From Raillietiella orientalis (Eukaryota): a stretch of 64,000 nt of DNA. Numbering within the stretch: the first letter of the stretch is position 1; each line of letters starts with the position of its first letter. The DNA is taken from assembly GCA_036172245.1 (NCBI GenBank), contig JAYWIR010000002.1, forward strand, positions 62,001-126,000. Direction: 5' to 3'. This document shows positions 1 through 12,029 of the stretch, piece by piece. Both the position numbers and the translations under genes were made by a program. The notes beneath the pieces were generated by a model that made no database searches, had not been told where the DNA came from, and was given only the letters and a program-made list of their open reading frames with translations.

Positions 1-239
1 GTGCTGTTGCCCTGAGCGAGATGGCTCTTGCCTAATAACAGCACACGGTCTCTAAAGAAACAAACCGACCCGTCTCGTCACGTGAGAAGAAAAGAAAATC
101 GAGCTTGGCAAACCTGCAAATCACAAGAAATTTTCACAACATGAGCAGTTTTTGAGAGCAAGGCGCACTTCTGCCCACTCGATGCGCCCTAGTGGTCAAA
201 ATTCAATCGTTATGAGGGATGCATTCCGAGAAAATATGC

Positions 240-775
240 CCTCCTCGGCGACCATGTGGTTACAGAGGTCTCGGCGCGTCACACAGATTGTTGTGGGTTC
301 GAATCCCGCTCGGGGAAGGATCGATGCCGAGAAATGGGTGCGTTGTGGGTTTCGAGTCCCCCCCGCGAGATGACGCTGTTTGTCCTGTGTAGGTTTCGGG
401 TGCAGCACTAGTGCAAGCCGGAAACGGAATGCCTTCATTGACTGGCCGGGATTGAAAGTTGAACCTCAGAGGGTCCACTCCCAGGAATCAAGGAGCCTGT
501 TCCTTTCGGGGCTCCTCTCCGGTGGTGAAAATGGAGCCGTCTCCCGCCCCGGGGAGGAGGGAACCCTCCACTGTAGGTGGAGCTGGTTGATGCCTCTCCA
601 GTGTCAAGTAGCACCCTTCAGATAGATTTGGAAGCGTCCCTTTGGGGCTCTCTCCAGAGAAGTAACAAGGAGTGGTTCCCTTACGGGTTTCCTCTGGAGA
701 GGAAACGATGGATGCTGGTCCCTCCTGAGAGGTCCCTTCGGGGTACACCCTCAGGCACTCTTGGGGGTGGCGTGA
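240..775 (+). mobile_element. tRNA-headed retroposon (long SINE-like family), 3'-truncated copy
   Basis: B box GGTTCGAATCC at 296-306 and a second B-box-like GGTTTCGAGTCCC near 348; shares blocks AGATGACGCTG, AGGAATCAAGGAG, AAATGGAGCCGTC and GGAGCTGGTTGATGCC with copies at 5294, 24273 and 62160(-). Confidence 0.8.
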
Positions 776-1019
776 ACAGCGCTAAAGAGCTTCATGAGTC
801 AAAAAACCAAGCGCAAAACCGAGAATTCTATTAGAGAATTAGCCCCCTTTTCATTGCAAATCCTAAACGGCTGATTTTTAGAGATGGAAATCGTTCCGTA
901 CTCAAGAACGACGGCCAGGGATATCTGGGCGGATGCGAGCAGATCGGATGTCCGAGACAGAGCCAACGACACCGAGAACGAATTCGTGTTCGCGGTTTTT
1001 CTCAGCTGCGATTGAAAGT

Positions 1020-1850
1020 AACAAATTGCAGCTTCTCCCGGTTTACAAGACGTGAAGCTTCCTGCAACCTAAGGGATCGAGAAAGAGCTCTTGGCATTTG
1101 AAAGCGTAATGAGATCTGGGATCGAAAATTCGCGAAGGATAAACAATTTAGGGCTTCATGTTGTCTACGCGTCACTTGACGGAAATGTTGCTACGAAGCC
1201 ACTCCTTGTGGACAAGATGAAGACCTCAAAATCAATTTGCAACCAAGAGGATTTAGCGACGCTCGAGTACCAACGAAGGTATGCTCGTTCGTGAGGCTCT
1301 AGGGACTTCTTTCCGAAAGTGCAGATACAAAGCAGAAGGAATATGTGGACACGGCAAGTCACATTGGGGGATTTGTAAACCGTGAATATGTGAAACAACA
1401 AAAGAAAGAATATGTGAAATGTGGCCATGGGATTTTAAACCGCTTGGATGAAAGAAAAAAAAAAAAGGTGATCAGCGGTGGTGATACCACGGTATTCGAG
1501 TCAGGATATCCGTTCTACGAGGGAGTTTCAGGACAGAGTTCCGAGTCAAAATCAGGATTGCCAAGTCCATAAATGTTTACAGTGATCAAATTTTAGAAAT
1601 TGCACGAGGTCAACCAACTCCTGTGGAAAAAAAGGTCACAGGGGACCGCTCGGACGGTAAGCGAAGCTCAAGTTGTGAAAGAAACGCCCATCGGCCATGC
1701 GGTGAGCTCCGTGCACGGTGGGTTTCCGTGGTGCTTGCGAAGGAACATGAAACTGTGCGGCGTTGACATCACTTTGAATAATTGACGGCTACCGTTCGGG
1801 ACGGACTCGGGAATTTCGTGACTGAAATCGAGCACTCTGCGTCCTCGCAT
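1020..1850 (+). pseudogene. UL9/origin-binding-protein-like SF2 helicase, decayed
   Basis: Collinear motifs across frameshifts: AASPG-(L/Y)KT (Walker A-like), SICNQEDLATL, Y-MLVREAL (DExx position), VISGGDTT, TVSEAQVV..VHG, LCGVD, YRSGRTREFRD. Order and wording resemble remembered UL9 motifs APMGSGKT, IVQVESL, VLDEV, IIAMDAT, STVSFAEIV, QSLGRVR. Confidence 0.5.
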
Positions 1851-2798
1851 TACTGAAAGGCCTGCAAGTTTACCAAAATTATCGTGCTAAGCAGAGTCAT
1901 TAAGAGAGTGAGTGACTCTATCCTTCTGTACATACATAAGCCCTTGCAAAAAAACAAGTAAATATTTATATGTTGGAAGCATGCTTCAGTGACAAATGAG
2001 TTTTCCGGCATCCCGAAGTCATCTCCTGAGAAGAGCGCTCACGTTTTTTCCGAATTCGAATGTATTCGGATATTCAGATATTTCTTCACGTCGCGACTCT
2101 CCAGGTTCGTGCTATAGCTGGTGCTGCTCTAACTCTCCATCTGAAGAGAAACTACCCTTACCGATACTTCGAAGGGAAGACGGCACGAGAGGAACGATTT
2201 TGCAAACCCACCGAGAGAGTCACCCTTCAGATAGATTCAGACAGGACGGCATGCTCGAGATAGGAAAAGCGTTCTTCGAAAACAAATGCACGAAGATCAC
2301 ACTTCCTAAATGAGATGGAAAATGGGATCTTACCTCAGCACCATAGCGTACGGTCCGATATGATCTCGCCGTGGATTTCAAGATTTCAAATCTTCAGTGT
2401 TGAACGATTCTTACCATTACTCGAAGCAGGAAAGTGTTCGTGTTCTTACTCGCATAACCGGTCATAACCTACTGCAACTTGGCCGTTCCCTTCAATATTG
2501 CATACGTTCAGCTGATTAAGCTGAAATCCGATGGTGCTCTTATTGATCTATGAAGGCCTCATTTTTATGGGTGTTCTTAGGCACGTCTGTCTAATAATGG
2601 CGACCATCCTCACACAAAAGGTCAGACAATACTTCCACACTTCCGACACACGTGGGGGGGGAAAAAAAAAGAAGAAATAGATGATTCCCGAACTATGAGG
2701 TGTAGGTGATGCGTGACACATTGTCCCTGGCTCGGAATGGCAGAGGATTCTTTTTGGAGGAAGAAGAAAGAGAAAACCAGAGAAAAAGAAAGAAACAA

Positions 2799-2837
2799 GA
2801 GAGAGAGAGAACACACACACACAAACACACACACACA
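2799..2837. repeat. compound (GA)n/(CA)n microsatellite
   Basis: gagagagagaacacacacacacaaacacacacacac. Confidence 0.9.
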
Positions 2838-3899
2838 TCTTCAGTTATCAAAAGGATTTCCAACTAGTTGTCGAAGGTAGTGATTGAAGCGACGGAACGA
2901 TATGATAGGGAGGAATTTTTTTCGATGGCAAGATCATCTTATCGGCACAAGAAATTTGCGTTTACAGAGTCTACGGTTTTTAAAGCATTCAATAGTTTGC
3001 TGCCGTTCTTTCGGCACACTTCAGCACCTGAGTTTGTTGGGAAACGCTCGGGTTTGTTTCTTTTCTTTTTTTGGTAAGAGTTGTAGTAATGACTAGTAAA
3101 AACTGGAGTGCGAGTATCAGAATCCAGAGAGAGCCAGAATTTTTGAATAGCGGCACTTTTATCCCTCGCGCTTTCATTTGCGGCTAATTAGTTCCGGATG
3201 CCGCAAATCACATGAGTGGCTTCGTAGCCATGGATTTCTGTAAACTTACACTAATTGGTGTTGTCAACATGAATTGAACGAGCAGAGGAAGACCCGAAAC
3301 GCACGGTAGATCGGATGCTGTGAAGTTTGTGCCTCCAAGTCCACCAAAAAAGGAAGAAAGAAAAAAAAAAAAAAAATCCCATTCCCTTGATCCGAAAGGG
3401 ACTGACAGAAAGCAAGTGTGCTCATCAGCTCATCTGAGCAGAGTAAAAGGACAAATAAATCGACTTGCAAACACGGGAACAAAGTCCCGTGTTTGCAAGA
3501 GCTCATTCGATCTTGGGTGTTCCCTTCCGGAAGTACATCGTGATGCTTTTCACAAAGCCTCGTCTTGTATGCGTTGCGTATTTTAACCAGTTATCCACGG
3601 TAAAAGTTTCATCTTTTAATCGTGGATGAGAAATCGCATTGGAAAGTCTTTCAAAGAGAGATCGACCAAAGCACTTGTCTCAGCGCTCTAGCAGAACTCC
3701 ATATTATAATTTCTATTAGAACACGGCTTACTTACCTCCATGGCGGGTTGCAGACAAAACTTGCAACTTCTATGAATGCATCAGATTCACCATACTGGCA
3801 AAAATCGATCTATTAGCCTCGGGCATGCGTCGTAAACTCGACAAGGAAACTTCTATTAAGTAGCTGCAACATGACGATTATCTGTTGGAAATTACGCCT

Positions 3900-4610
3900 C
3901 CCTTTAAATAAGCACGAGGTGTGATTTAAATTTCATCTCTTCACTTGTAAAGGCGAGGATTCGTTCGCGATCTCTGTTTTTTTCAAATCTATCGATGCCA
4001 GGGAGGCTAAAAGAGGCAAAGGAAGGCCGCCTATCAGAGGAAACGAATCCGGGCTGCTTTTCTTGGTCCAGGGCTCGTCGCTCCGAATTTCCATGGCGAT
4101 AAAATGCAACACGCGCGATGCAATTTTTATCAAACTGCGGCTCGGCGCCATTTGCAACTGCCGACTTTCGGAGTTGACTGCTTTGCTGTTCCTCAAGCAG
4201 AGTGCAGCTCAGAAGCGTGTTCGGGCAATAAAATCTCCAGCCGTCCAGAACTTGTGAGTTCGAAGATTCATCCGCAATCTATGAATGCCTCAGAAGATCC
4301 TTCGAGACGAACAGCGTTCTCCCGAGACGCATGACAACCAATGGGGAACCCGAAGGCGTGGATTCCTCGCGAATTACTCATTCCAGTTTATTACGGAGAT
4401 TGCCGTACCACCACACTTGGGCGCGGGGATGGCATGCGTGAAGGCATAAAGCTCTTTCGCCATCTGAGTGTTGCAGGCAGCAGCGGACGGTAATTTTTGG
4501 TCATCGCATCCTTTTCCATTCAACTGCTTGGTGCGGAATGGAGTTGGGGAGGAAAGGAAGAGTCAACAGGGTGGAATTCTCCGAGGGAAAATTGCATCCC
4601 GGGACGAAGG
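3900..4610 (-). mobile_element. non-LTR retrotransposon reverse transcriptase fragment, decayed
   Basis: Minus-strand KDAMTKNYRPLL (NYRPIS motif), EAFIDCG*IFE (AFID..KAFD), SSPDSFPL (LSPxLF region). Confidence 0.5.
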
Positions 4611-4619
4611 CGCACTCCA

Positions 4620-5293
4620 TCGCATGCGGGTGTCTCCAGCCTTGGCCGTTGGCCGCCTCCGAGTCCATCTTTGTACTCCCAAACCCGAACGATGCCTTGT
4701 AACCCCGAGCAACCCGTGCCGCGCCCTACCGTTAAGCGGGAACGGTTTCTGGCGCCCACATCGATGCGTGACCTGTCGAAGCTGCTCGCGAATTGCTGGT
4801 GTCGCCGGAGATCGGACAGGGGAGGTCGGTCCTCTGCGACGACCAAATTTCCTTGTTGCGCGCATGGACGAGCTGGCCGCGGTTTCCCTTCTTCCGCTGG
4901 TGCCGCTTCGATCGCAGCGACCAGCGCTTTTGGCGAACCGAGGAAAATGGGGCAGGCTCCGGTGAAGACTGAGAGAGGGACCAGTGGAGCTTTCCCCTGG
5001 CTGAAGTGGGGGACCCGTTGAGAGGTCACCTTGTCACCGATCTCCGCGCCTGTCTCCCATGATTCCAGCAAGTTCCAGGCTTCACGAGGATCTCGAAAGC
5101 TACCAACATCGATCAGGAAGAAGCTGAGAGGTTCTTTACGGCTGCCAGGAGACCTCCGGATGGAGCAAATCCTTCCGAACCTATAGTGAACTTCGAAATA
5201 CCCGATTGGCAGGCTTCCTGTGTTCTCGTGGAGTCAGCATCAACGCCCCCTTCCGAAACGCCGTCCCTGTTCTTGCACCTCCACCTTCCAGTG
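4620..5293 (-). mobile_element. non-LTR retrotransposon RT domains 2-7 (part downstream of the SINE insertion)
   Basis: FLIDVGSFRD (D..KAFD), EIGDKVTS..SQG..LVPLSVF (G.PQG..LSP.LF), VWEYKDGLG (YKYLG); continues the RT that stops at 6897. Confidence 0.55.
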
Positions 5294-6896
5294 CCCGCGT
5301 TGGCGGCCACGTGGTTACGGTGATCTCGCGCCGCACCAAACGTTGCGGATTCTATTTCCCACATGGGGGAGAGAGCGTGGGTTTCGAATCCCCTCCCCCC
5401 TCGCAAGATGACGCTGGTTGGCTGCAGGCTTCGGGTGCGGCACTGGTGGAAGAGGGAAACTTACGGATACCCCCTGGCCGGGATTGCAAGTTGACCCTTC
5501 GGGGTCCCTCCAGGAATCAAGGAGGCGGTTTCCTTCCAGGTTCTCCTCTGGCTCTGAAAATGGAACCGTCCCCACCTCCCTCTCGAGGGAATTCCTCCCT
5601 CGCGTACCATGGAGCTGGTCGATACCCCCTTCGGGGGGCTTTCTCTCCTGAGTGCTGGAAGCGTGCTGCTCCCTACAGAGAAATTGGGGCGGGTCCCTTC
5701 GGAGTTCCCTGCCAAGTGCAAGGGCAATGGACTCCTTCCTCTGGAGCCTTCCTGGAATCACAGGATGGTCCCTACTCGGTCGCACCCTATAACTTGAAGA
5801 GTTGCAAGTCCCCCCGGGCGGCGTGGACCGCATGAAAGAAGAGACTTCTTCCTCGACGAAGACGAACGGTTCTGCCGCACTTGGCCAACCAAGAAGAAAA
5901 AAAAAGCAGGAAGAAAAGCAGCGAAGACAGAAGGATTGAAGAGGATTTCCACCATCGAGGTTCCTTGCTGCCATACCCGCCCTGCCCCAGTGCAGTCCTT
6001 CCCTAAGGGACGCAAGGGACAGCGTAATTCCGGCAGGGTAGGAAAAGTCTTCGCCCCCAGAAGTTTCTCCTTTGCACAGAAGCAAAGGAGAAAATTCTGG
6101 GGGCGAGGACAACTCAGAGAATGACGGACGCTGCGACCCCGAGTGTCCCACCCCGCGGAATTGCACGCTGGAGAGAGCTGCTGGGCATCCCTCCGGAGAA
6201 GATGAAGTGGCCCACAGCGTGCTGGAGCCGTGGAACACCACCAACCCCCCTCGAGTGGCAGGAGTGGGCATTGCTGGTGGTGCATGAGGGGAATCCCGTT
6301 GAAAGAAAGCGCTCCTTCACCGCTGGACACGATGGGGAGCGTGGACAGTCCGTGTGGCAGGTGCGAGAAGAACGGGAACCTCCCGCACCTGCTGTTTGTC
6401 CCTTTGGGATTGCCTCGCGATGATCCTAGGAATCCCGGAGGGTGGCCCCAGGGGCATTTTTAGACGCCTCTTCGTGAGGGGTACCGCACTGCCGCTGACC
6501 TCGCAGTTCTCTGCTGTCTTTGCGAACCACGGCGATCTTGAACGTCAGAAGAAGAGACCATGCACTGGACGCGGATTTTCCTGAGGACCGTCTCGAGATG
6601 GCCCCACCTGCACGAAGTACGAACGGAACTTGCCCTCAACAGGGTGCAGAGGACGTCGGGCAGCGTACTGTGATCCCTTCCTCGGTCCTGTGTAAAACGT
6701 TCCCTTCCCTGTTCTGTTTGTTTATTTTTACGCTTTGTTCCTCCCCCCCCTTTCCCCGGCTGCCGAAGCGGGCCTCGTCGGTCTGCGCATCGCTCTTTGG
6801 CAGGTTCTTTGCACGTGGTAGAACCAACGGTTCTACCACACCCGTGTAATTTTATTACTCTACGTAACAAATGCCCCGGCATAACCGGGTGATGAT
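5294..6896 (+). mobile_element. tRNA-headed retroposon (long SINE-like family), full-length copy with L1/Tx1-derived tail
   Basis: Head CCCGCGTTGGCGGCC with B-box-like GGTTTCGAATCCC; C(UUCG)G hairpins; tail encodes PLEWQEWALLVVH..CGRC..LPHLL (zf-RVT-like); terminal hairpin 6815-6839; possible degenerate TSD cttccagtg / cttcagggtg; splits a LINE RT. Confidence 0.85.
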
Positions 6897-8600
6897 CTTC
6901 AGGGTGGTCAGAATCCGAGGGAGGTCGAAACCAGTGCGAATTTTCAGGCTGTCAGGATTCGCCAAACGAGACTTCCGATCCCACGATGGCGGCACCCCGC
7001 TGTCCCAGCACCTCGGCTCAATGCTTTCTTTCTTCAGGCGTGGTCTGCTGCCCCGGAAGAGAAGAGAACGCACGTCCTCACGCGTTCTGGAAGGGGAAGG
7101 GGGAAGGGTTTGTTCGCCGTCCCATTCTCTTCTTGTCTCCTCCCACTCACTAAACTGCTACCTTTCTCGCAGGAGGAAAGTCGCGCGAAGCAGAGATCAC
7201 AGGTGCGTCTTGAACGCAGCCGGCTGCTAACCACTGAGTGCGCTTCGGGTTCTTCCGCACGGGCACGTGGAATGCCGTTAGTCGAGTTTATCAAGCGGAT
7301 CCGGAGGCGCCCTCAAGAAGAGCTCAAGGGGTGTTTCCTTCGCCGCTCTCATAATCCAGCCGAGGAGAGCATCGAAAGGTCTCTTCGCCGACTCCGCGCC
7401 GAAAAGAGGACGCGTGCTCCGGTGTGCTCGAGTGGCCTCGAGGGTCAGAAGGAGTTCCATTGCCGGGGCAGTGATGTCAAAAGAGAGGGTCGTTCTCCTG
7501 TCTCTTCTCTTCGTCCCTTGCCGCGGTCCTCAGGGGTTCTTCCACGTAGGTCCGCCCACGCCCCCGACGTGTCCGGCGCGCCTCTCGGAAACGCAGCATC
7601 ACTTCTTCCGATGTCGTCGTCTGCCTGCTCATTGGGAACCTCCGATTGCCTCAGCGCCCTGATTCCTCCTCTGGATCCGGGGCTCCCCAGAGAGGAGGGG
7701 TGGAGAACCAGGGAGTCGGCACTTCCTCTCTGTCTTCTACCTTGCCCTGTCCAGCGCTGCTGACACGACCGCTTCTCAAGGGCAAGAGACGTCCACCGTG
7801 GACCGCCTCGGAATGAGGAAGACTCACAGCTTCGGGGTCTTCCTCTACGATCTCGGTTTTCTGCCGAGGATGAAGGTCTGATCTGAGCAGCGTTGTCGGT
7901 GGGCAGACTGGTGAAGAATGTCCCTTCCTCCTCTCCCATCCCTTCCTCCCTGGTATGACAGGACCACGACTCCTACGGCGACTGCACCTCCCTCATCTAA
8001 CCTCATCAAATCTTCGATGTCGTCCTTCTTAGCCCCGAATCAGCTGCGTCTACAGCATGGAAGCGTTCCATTCCCTCCCCCGCCGATCCTCATTTTCCAA
8101 GAAAAACATTCGTTTGGACTCCTCCATGCTCACCCTCACACGGATCCGAGTTCACCTCGCGTTCTCTTCCAGAGGAACGCTCGTCTTTACAGCTGGAAGT
8201 TCCGGGCAGACACCGAGGGCGTTCCCCGATTAGGACTGGTCCACCGGCCGCAGATGTTTTCTCCAAACCTCCCCATCCGCTTCCACCAGCACCACCCACC
8301 CCTTCCTCCCTCGCGTTCGGCTCCCGGGAAGCGTGTCAGCAGCCTCGGCCTTCAACGATCTCTCCTCCCGCCAGGTCGGTTCGGGGCGCTCAAGGTGTCC
8401 CTGAGGAACCCCGCTCCGGGGATCAGCAGCGATCTCTCTAGTCCACGGGAGGTTTCTGCCCACCTCTCACCCCGTCTTCTGCAGCGATGCGTCGGACGAG
8501 ATGCCCCCCAGGCCCTGCAAAGAGTTCATCTCCCGAGTGAGAGATCCCTCCTGTTGGGCAACTCGCCTAGAGCCGACCGGCGAGCGTCTCCCGCCGCCTG
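6897..8600 (-). mobile_element. non-LTR retrotransposon APE to RT domain 1 (part upstream of the SINE insertion)
   Basis: CWDSGVPPSW..PRILTTLK (RT domain 1) ends at the SINE boundary; upstream APE-like GPVLIGE (GDFN position) and MNSLQGL (NxxGL). Confidence 0.45.
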
Positions 8601-9449
8601 GATGCTGCCGCGCTCCGTACACCGCCGTGCGACAGGAGGACTCGCAAAGACGAAACGGCTGGACGAGCGCCACCGGCTCCGTGCTCCCGCAGGAGCGTCC
8701 GCCACGCCACGGTGTTTCCCTCTGCGCTCCAGGCGATATCCAAGAGAACACGCCTCCAGCAGCTCCGGCCGGCACGTCGAACGTGGCGGAGCGAGCGAGC
8801 GCGCATGGGAAGCATTAGTGCCCGGCCGTCCAGGCTCCCTGAGCCGAGACGGCTGGCGGGAAGGAGGGGGAGTTGGTCGGTCCCTGCTCGTCCCGGCATC
8901 GGAGCGCGCTCCCGGACGGGCGTCAGGATTACCCGCTGCTGAGAGGGCGCGCTCCCCTTTCGGGGTCGAGGAAGGCAGGCGGGTCCACGCCCCCCGAGCG
9001 ACGGTCCGTTTCGCAGGTGGGGATTGGGGAGAGGGAGGGGGAGTGCTGTTGCCGCTCGCGGCGGGGATTCACCGGAGCCGCGCGAGCGTTCCGCGAGATG
9101 ACGGGAGAGGCCGGCAGTCCAGGTCCTCCGGAGAGGGCGCGGGTCTTCAGGGTAGGTTCGAGAGAGCTCGATGGCCCTTTCCCAGTGAACTCGCGCATCC
9201 CTGAGCCCGCCGCGAAGGACCCCGGAAGGAATCCCTCAAGAAGTGTTCCGCGCGAGACCCCAAGACCGCACCCCACGAAGAAGTGGAGCTCCCACGATTC
9301 GGGGAGGACCCAGAAATGTAAGGGAGGAGAAGGATGGGACAGCGGCGAGATTCCACCTGCGTTGGGATGTCCGTACGGGACTCGGAGGAATCGTCATACC
9401 ATCGCTGAGGTCTCCTTCACCATGGAGGTAGAAGGAGTCATGGTATGTG

Positions 9450-10500
9450 TGGGGGGGGGGGCTCAAACTGACCTTCCAAGAGGCTGCTGGAAAATTAGGA
9501 GAGAAAGGAAGATCCACCCACTCAATCACGCAGCCACTGCCTGAGAAGAAAGAAGAAATCCGAAAATTCGTCCAAAGACACGTCTCAGACGGCGTGGGTG
9601 GATCTCTGGAAGAAAGGAGGAAATCCCTTGTCGATTCCCCCAAGGGAAGGGTTAAGTGGAAGGGAGGAGGAGGGGAAGGAAATCTGCGTTTCTGTTCCGG
9701 GCTCTGTCTGCGTTTACTCAACGAAACGAACATCATTTTCGTGCTTCCCAGTTCTCGGCAAACCGTTTTGTCAAACAAAAGGGCACTCTGGGATGCTGCG
9801 AGGAGAGATTCCGTCTTTCGCGAGGGAAGGGGACCTTCCTTCTCTCTTCCCGCAGGTGCAAGGAGAAGGGAGAAGCGTAGAAACCGGATCGGCAGTGGTG
9901 GCACCTCGAGTGGACTTCTCTGGAAAGAAAGCGAATGAGCAGCGCTCGCTCCGAAAATCTGCATTACCGGAAGAACACTCCCTCACTCCTGGAGGGAGCT
10001 TCTCATCTCGCGATCCTCAGGTGCTCCAGTGGACCCCAGAGTGCGCCTCGAGATGCTGCTCAGGCTGCTGCGAAGACAACCCTTCTCGCGAGGATTCGAG
10101 GGAGCCCGACGGAGCAACCGTCTGCCGCTTCCCTGTTTCCGCAAGCCGCTTCCCACAGTGCTGCCTGCATCCACGAAGAGATGGACTTTATCTTGAACGC
10201 GTTCCGCAGCTGCACGTGCGCAGTGCCAAAGACGGGGATTCGGGGACGACCACCCCGTAAGGGGGACTGGAAGAAAACCAGCCCAGAGACCAGGAGGAGC
10301 TCAGCTTCCTCTCCGAACCCATCTTCTTGCCAACAATGGCTGGAGGAGATGCCAGCAGTCCACCCCATCTGACCTTCGTTCATTCGAAGTTCACCACAGC
10401 GGCATCTGCAGAACCGGCGCGCACCGGGAACGCTGACATGAAACTCCACTCCGTCTCCAAAGCTCCCTGCCTTAGGAAGCATCAGCGTTTGCTCTCACGC
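9450..10500 (+). mobile_element. Ty3/Gypsy pol remnant (RT N-terminus and RNase H)
   Basis: EEIRKFVQ..DG..GNLRFC..RLLNET..VLP (G.LRFC.D.R.LN..T..LP); LQWTPEC..EPD..VSAS (WT.EC..PD..DAS). Confidence 0.55.
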
Positions 10501-11249
10501 GAAGACAAGTTTCGCCCTCCCTAACACGGGTAAGATCGGCAGACGACGGGGAAAAGAAGGGTCACAATCCGGGAAGTCCTCGTTCCTCGCCGAAAGTTGA
10601 AGACGAGCGTCTGCAAAGGTGGTGGTCTTTTCGGAAGGAAAGAGGAAGGTCTTTTCCGACCCCAAATCCTGATCTGCCAAGAGTGACCTCTTTTCCGGAG
10701 GAGGCGCTCCTATTTTCGGTGTGGGAATCTGTGGGATCACGCTGTTTTCGGTCCGGCGATCCCTCCCGCCGGCCGCCCAGGATCAACTCGCACGTGCATA
10801 CTCAAGAAACAAAAAAAAGAGAGAGAGAGGGAGGGGGGGGACGAGCCCCTTCGTCAGTCGAAAATGCGACGCCAGTTCGATGACTCACGGAGGCAGCAAT
10901 CATCACATCGATGGCCGGGAAAGCCGCGCTGATCATCCATGACCAGGGATACGTTACGGAGATTAATAGCTGGCTAGAGGAGAATGGGATGCGGTTGAAA
11001 CCGCAAGGCTTTTGCGTCCCTTACAGGCGAGAGAGAAAGAAAGAAAAAAAACTCGGTTTCTGCTAGGGAAGGCGTCCCAGCATTCCAGTCGAGGCAGAAT
11101 TTACGTATCTTCAAGGCACGGAACGAGCAACTTCGCGTCCTGAGTCCCCAGGACTACCATTCCTTGAGGTTGGAGGGGTAAAAGATCCTTTTCATCCTCC
11201 TATTGCTACGATATAACGGCAATGGGTCCGTCTTGCGATACAAAGATCG

Positions 11250-11790
11250 CTCTATCGATAGGTCTTACGAATCGCGGACGCCTTGGCGAATGGAGACGCA
11301 GGCTGCGGGATGAGAGGGAGGCATCTCAGCAGGAAGACACCTCGTACATCCTCCATCCCTGGATGGCTACCCTCCCTCCCCCCACATTCCGAGTGAAAAT
11401 GGAGTTGGCTAGTCGGGATCAGCTCGATCTCCGCGCCACCATCTCTGCAAACTCTCTCGCTGCTTCCTCTTCGATACCGGCGCCGTCCTGCGTCCACCCA
11501 GCAAGGTGGATGGAAAAAGAACACGTCCTTCGGTCCCGGATCTGCGTCCGCCAGAACGAGGCCATTCCTGTCCGCTGCAGGTTTCCGCTTCGGCTGCCCG
11601 TTCGTTCCATCTTTCGCCGGTCACATTTCATCTTGGAGGTGTTGGCGACAACGAAGCCAGCAAGAGGACGCTCAGGAGCTAACCGCGACGCGCGCAGCCA
11701 TTCGGCTCCTCCTCGCGCCTCGCGAGCTCGAATTCCGAGCCCAGATGAATCGATGTGCGCCCGAGTACCGGCGGATCCCCCCTTCCGCAA
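11250..11790 (-). mobile_element. L1/Tx1-like ORF2 linker fragment
   Basis: GIRAREARGGAEWL (IRSRAxW-like) and TQDGAGIEEEAAREF; weak. Confidence 0.3.
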
Positions 11791-12029
11791 ACTCCAGCGA
11801 GATAGGTCATCTGATCACTGGATGGAAATGTGAAGAGACACGCCCCGCAAAGAGATGCCATACATTTGAGATTGCACATGCGCTGGATTCCTACCGACGC
11901 TTACATCGATGGTGTCCTGGATGCTGCTTGTTTCTTTGTTTGGGTTCTTTGTTTGGGGTTGCGTGGGTGGCTCTGCGTGCGAGCTTTGTCCTTTTCCACA
12001 CCGCAAACTTTTTTCACATCAATGGAAAT

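Noticed and set aside
247-320. Functional tRNA genes at the B-box motifs (also 5300, 24281, 27536, 62150)
   Set aside because: No consistent cloverleaf, variable spacing, and always attached to the same repeat body, so these are SINE heads.
5500-5580. HDV-like or hammerhead ribozyme in the retroposon
   Set aside because: Could not build the nested pseudoknot or a CUGANGA..GAAA core consistently across copies.
7918-9204. Long ORFs of 428 aa (7918+), 494 aa (18159-) and 452 aa (61184+) as real genes
   Set aside because: Arg/Pro/Gly/Ser-rich shadow frames in GC-rich DNA, mostly antisense to recognisable elements, with no domain motifs.
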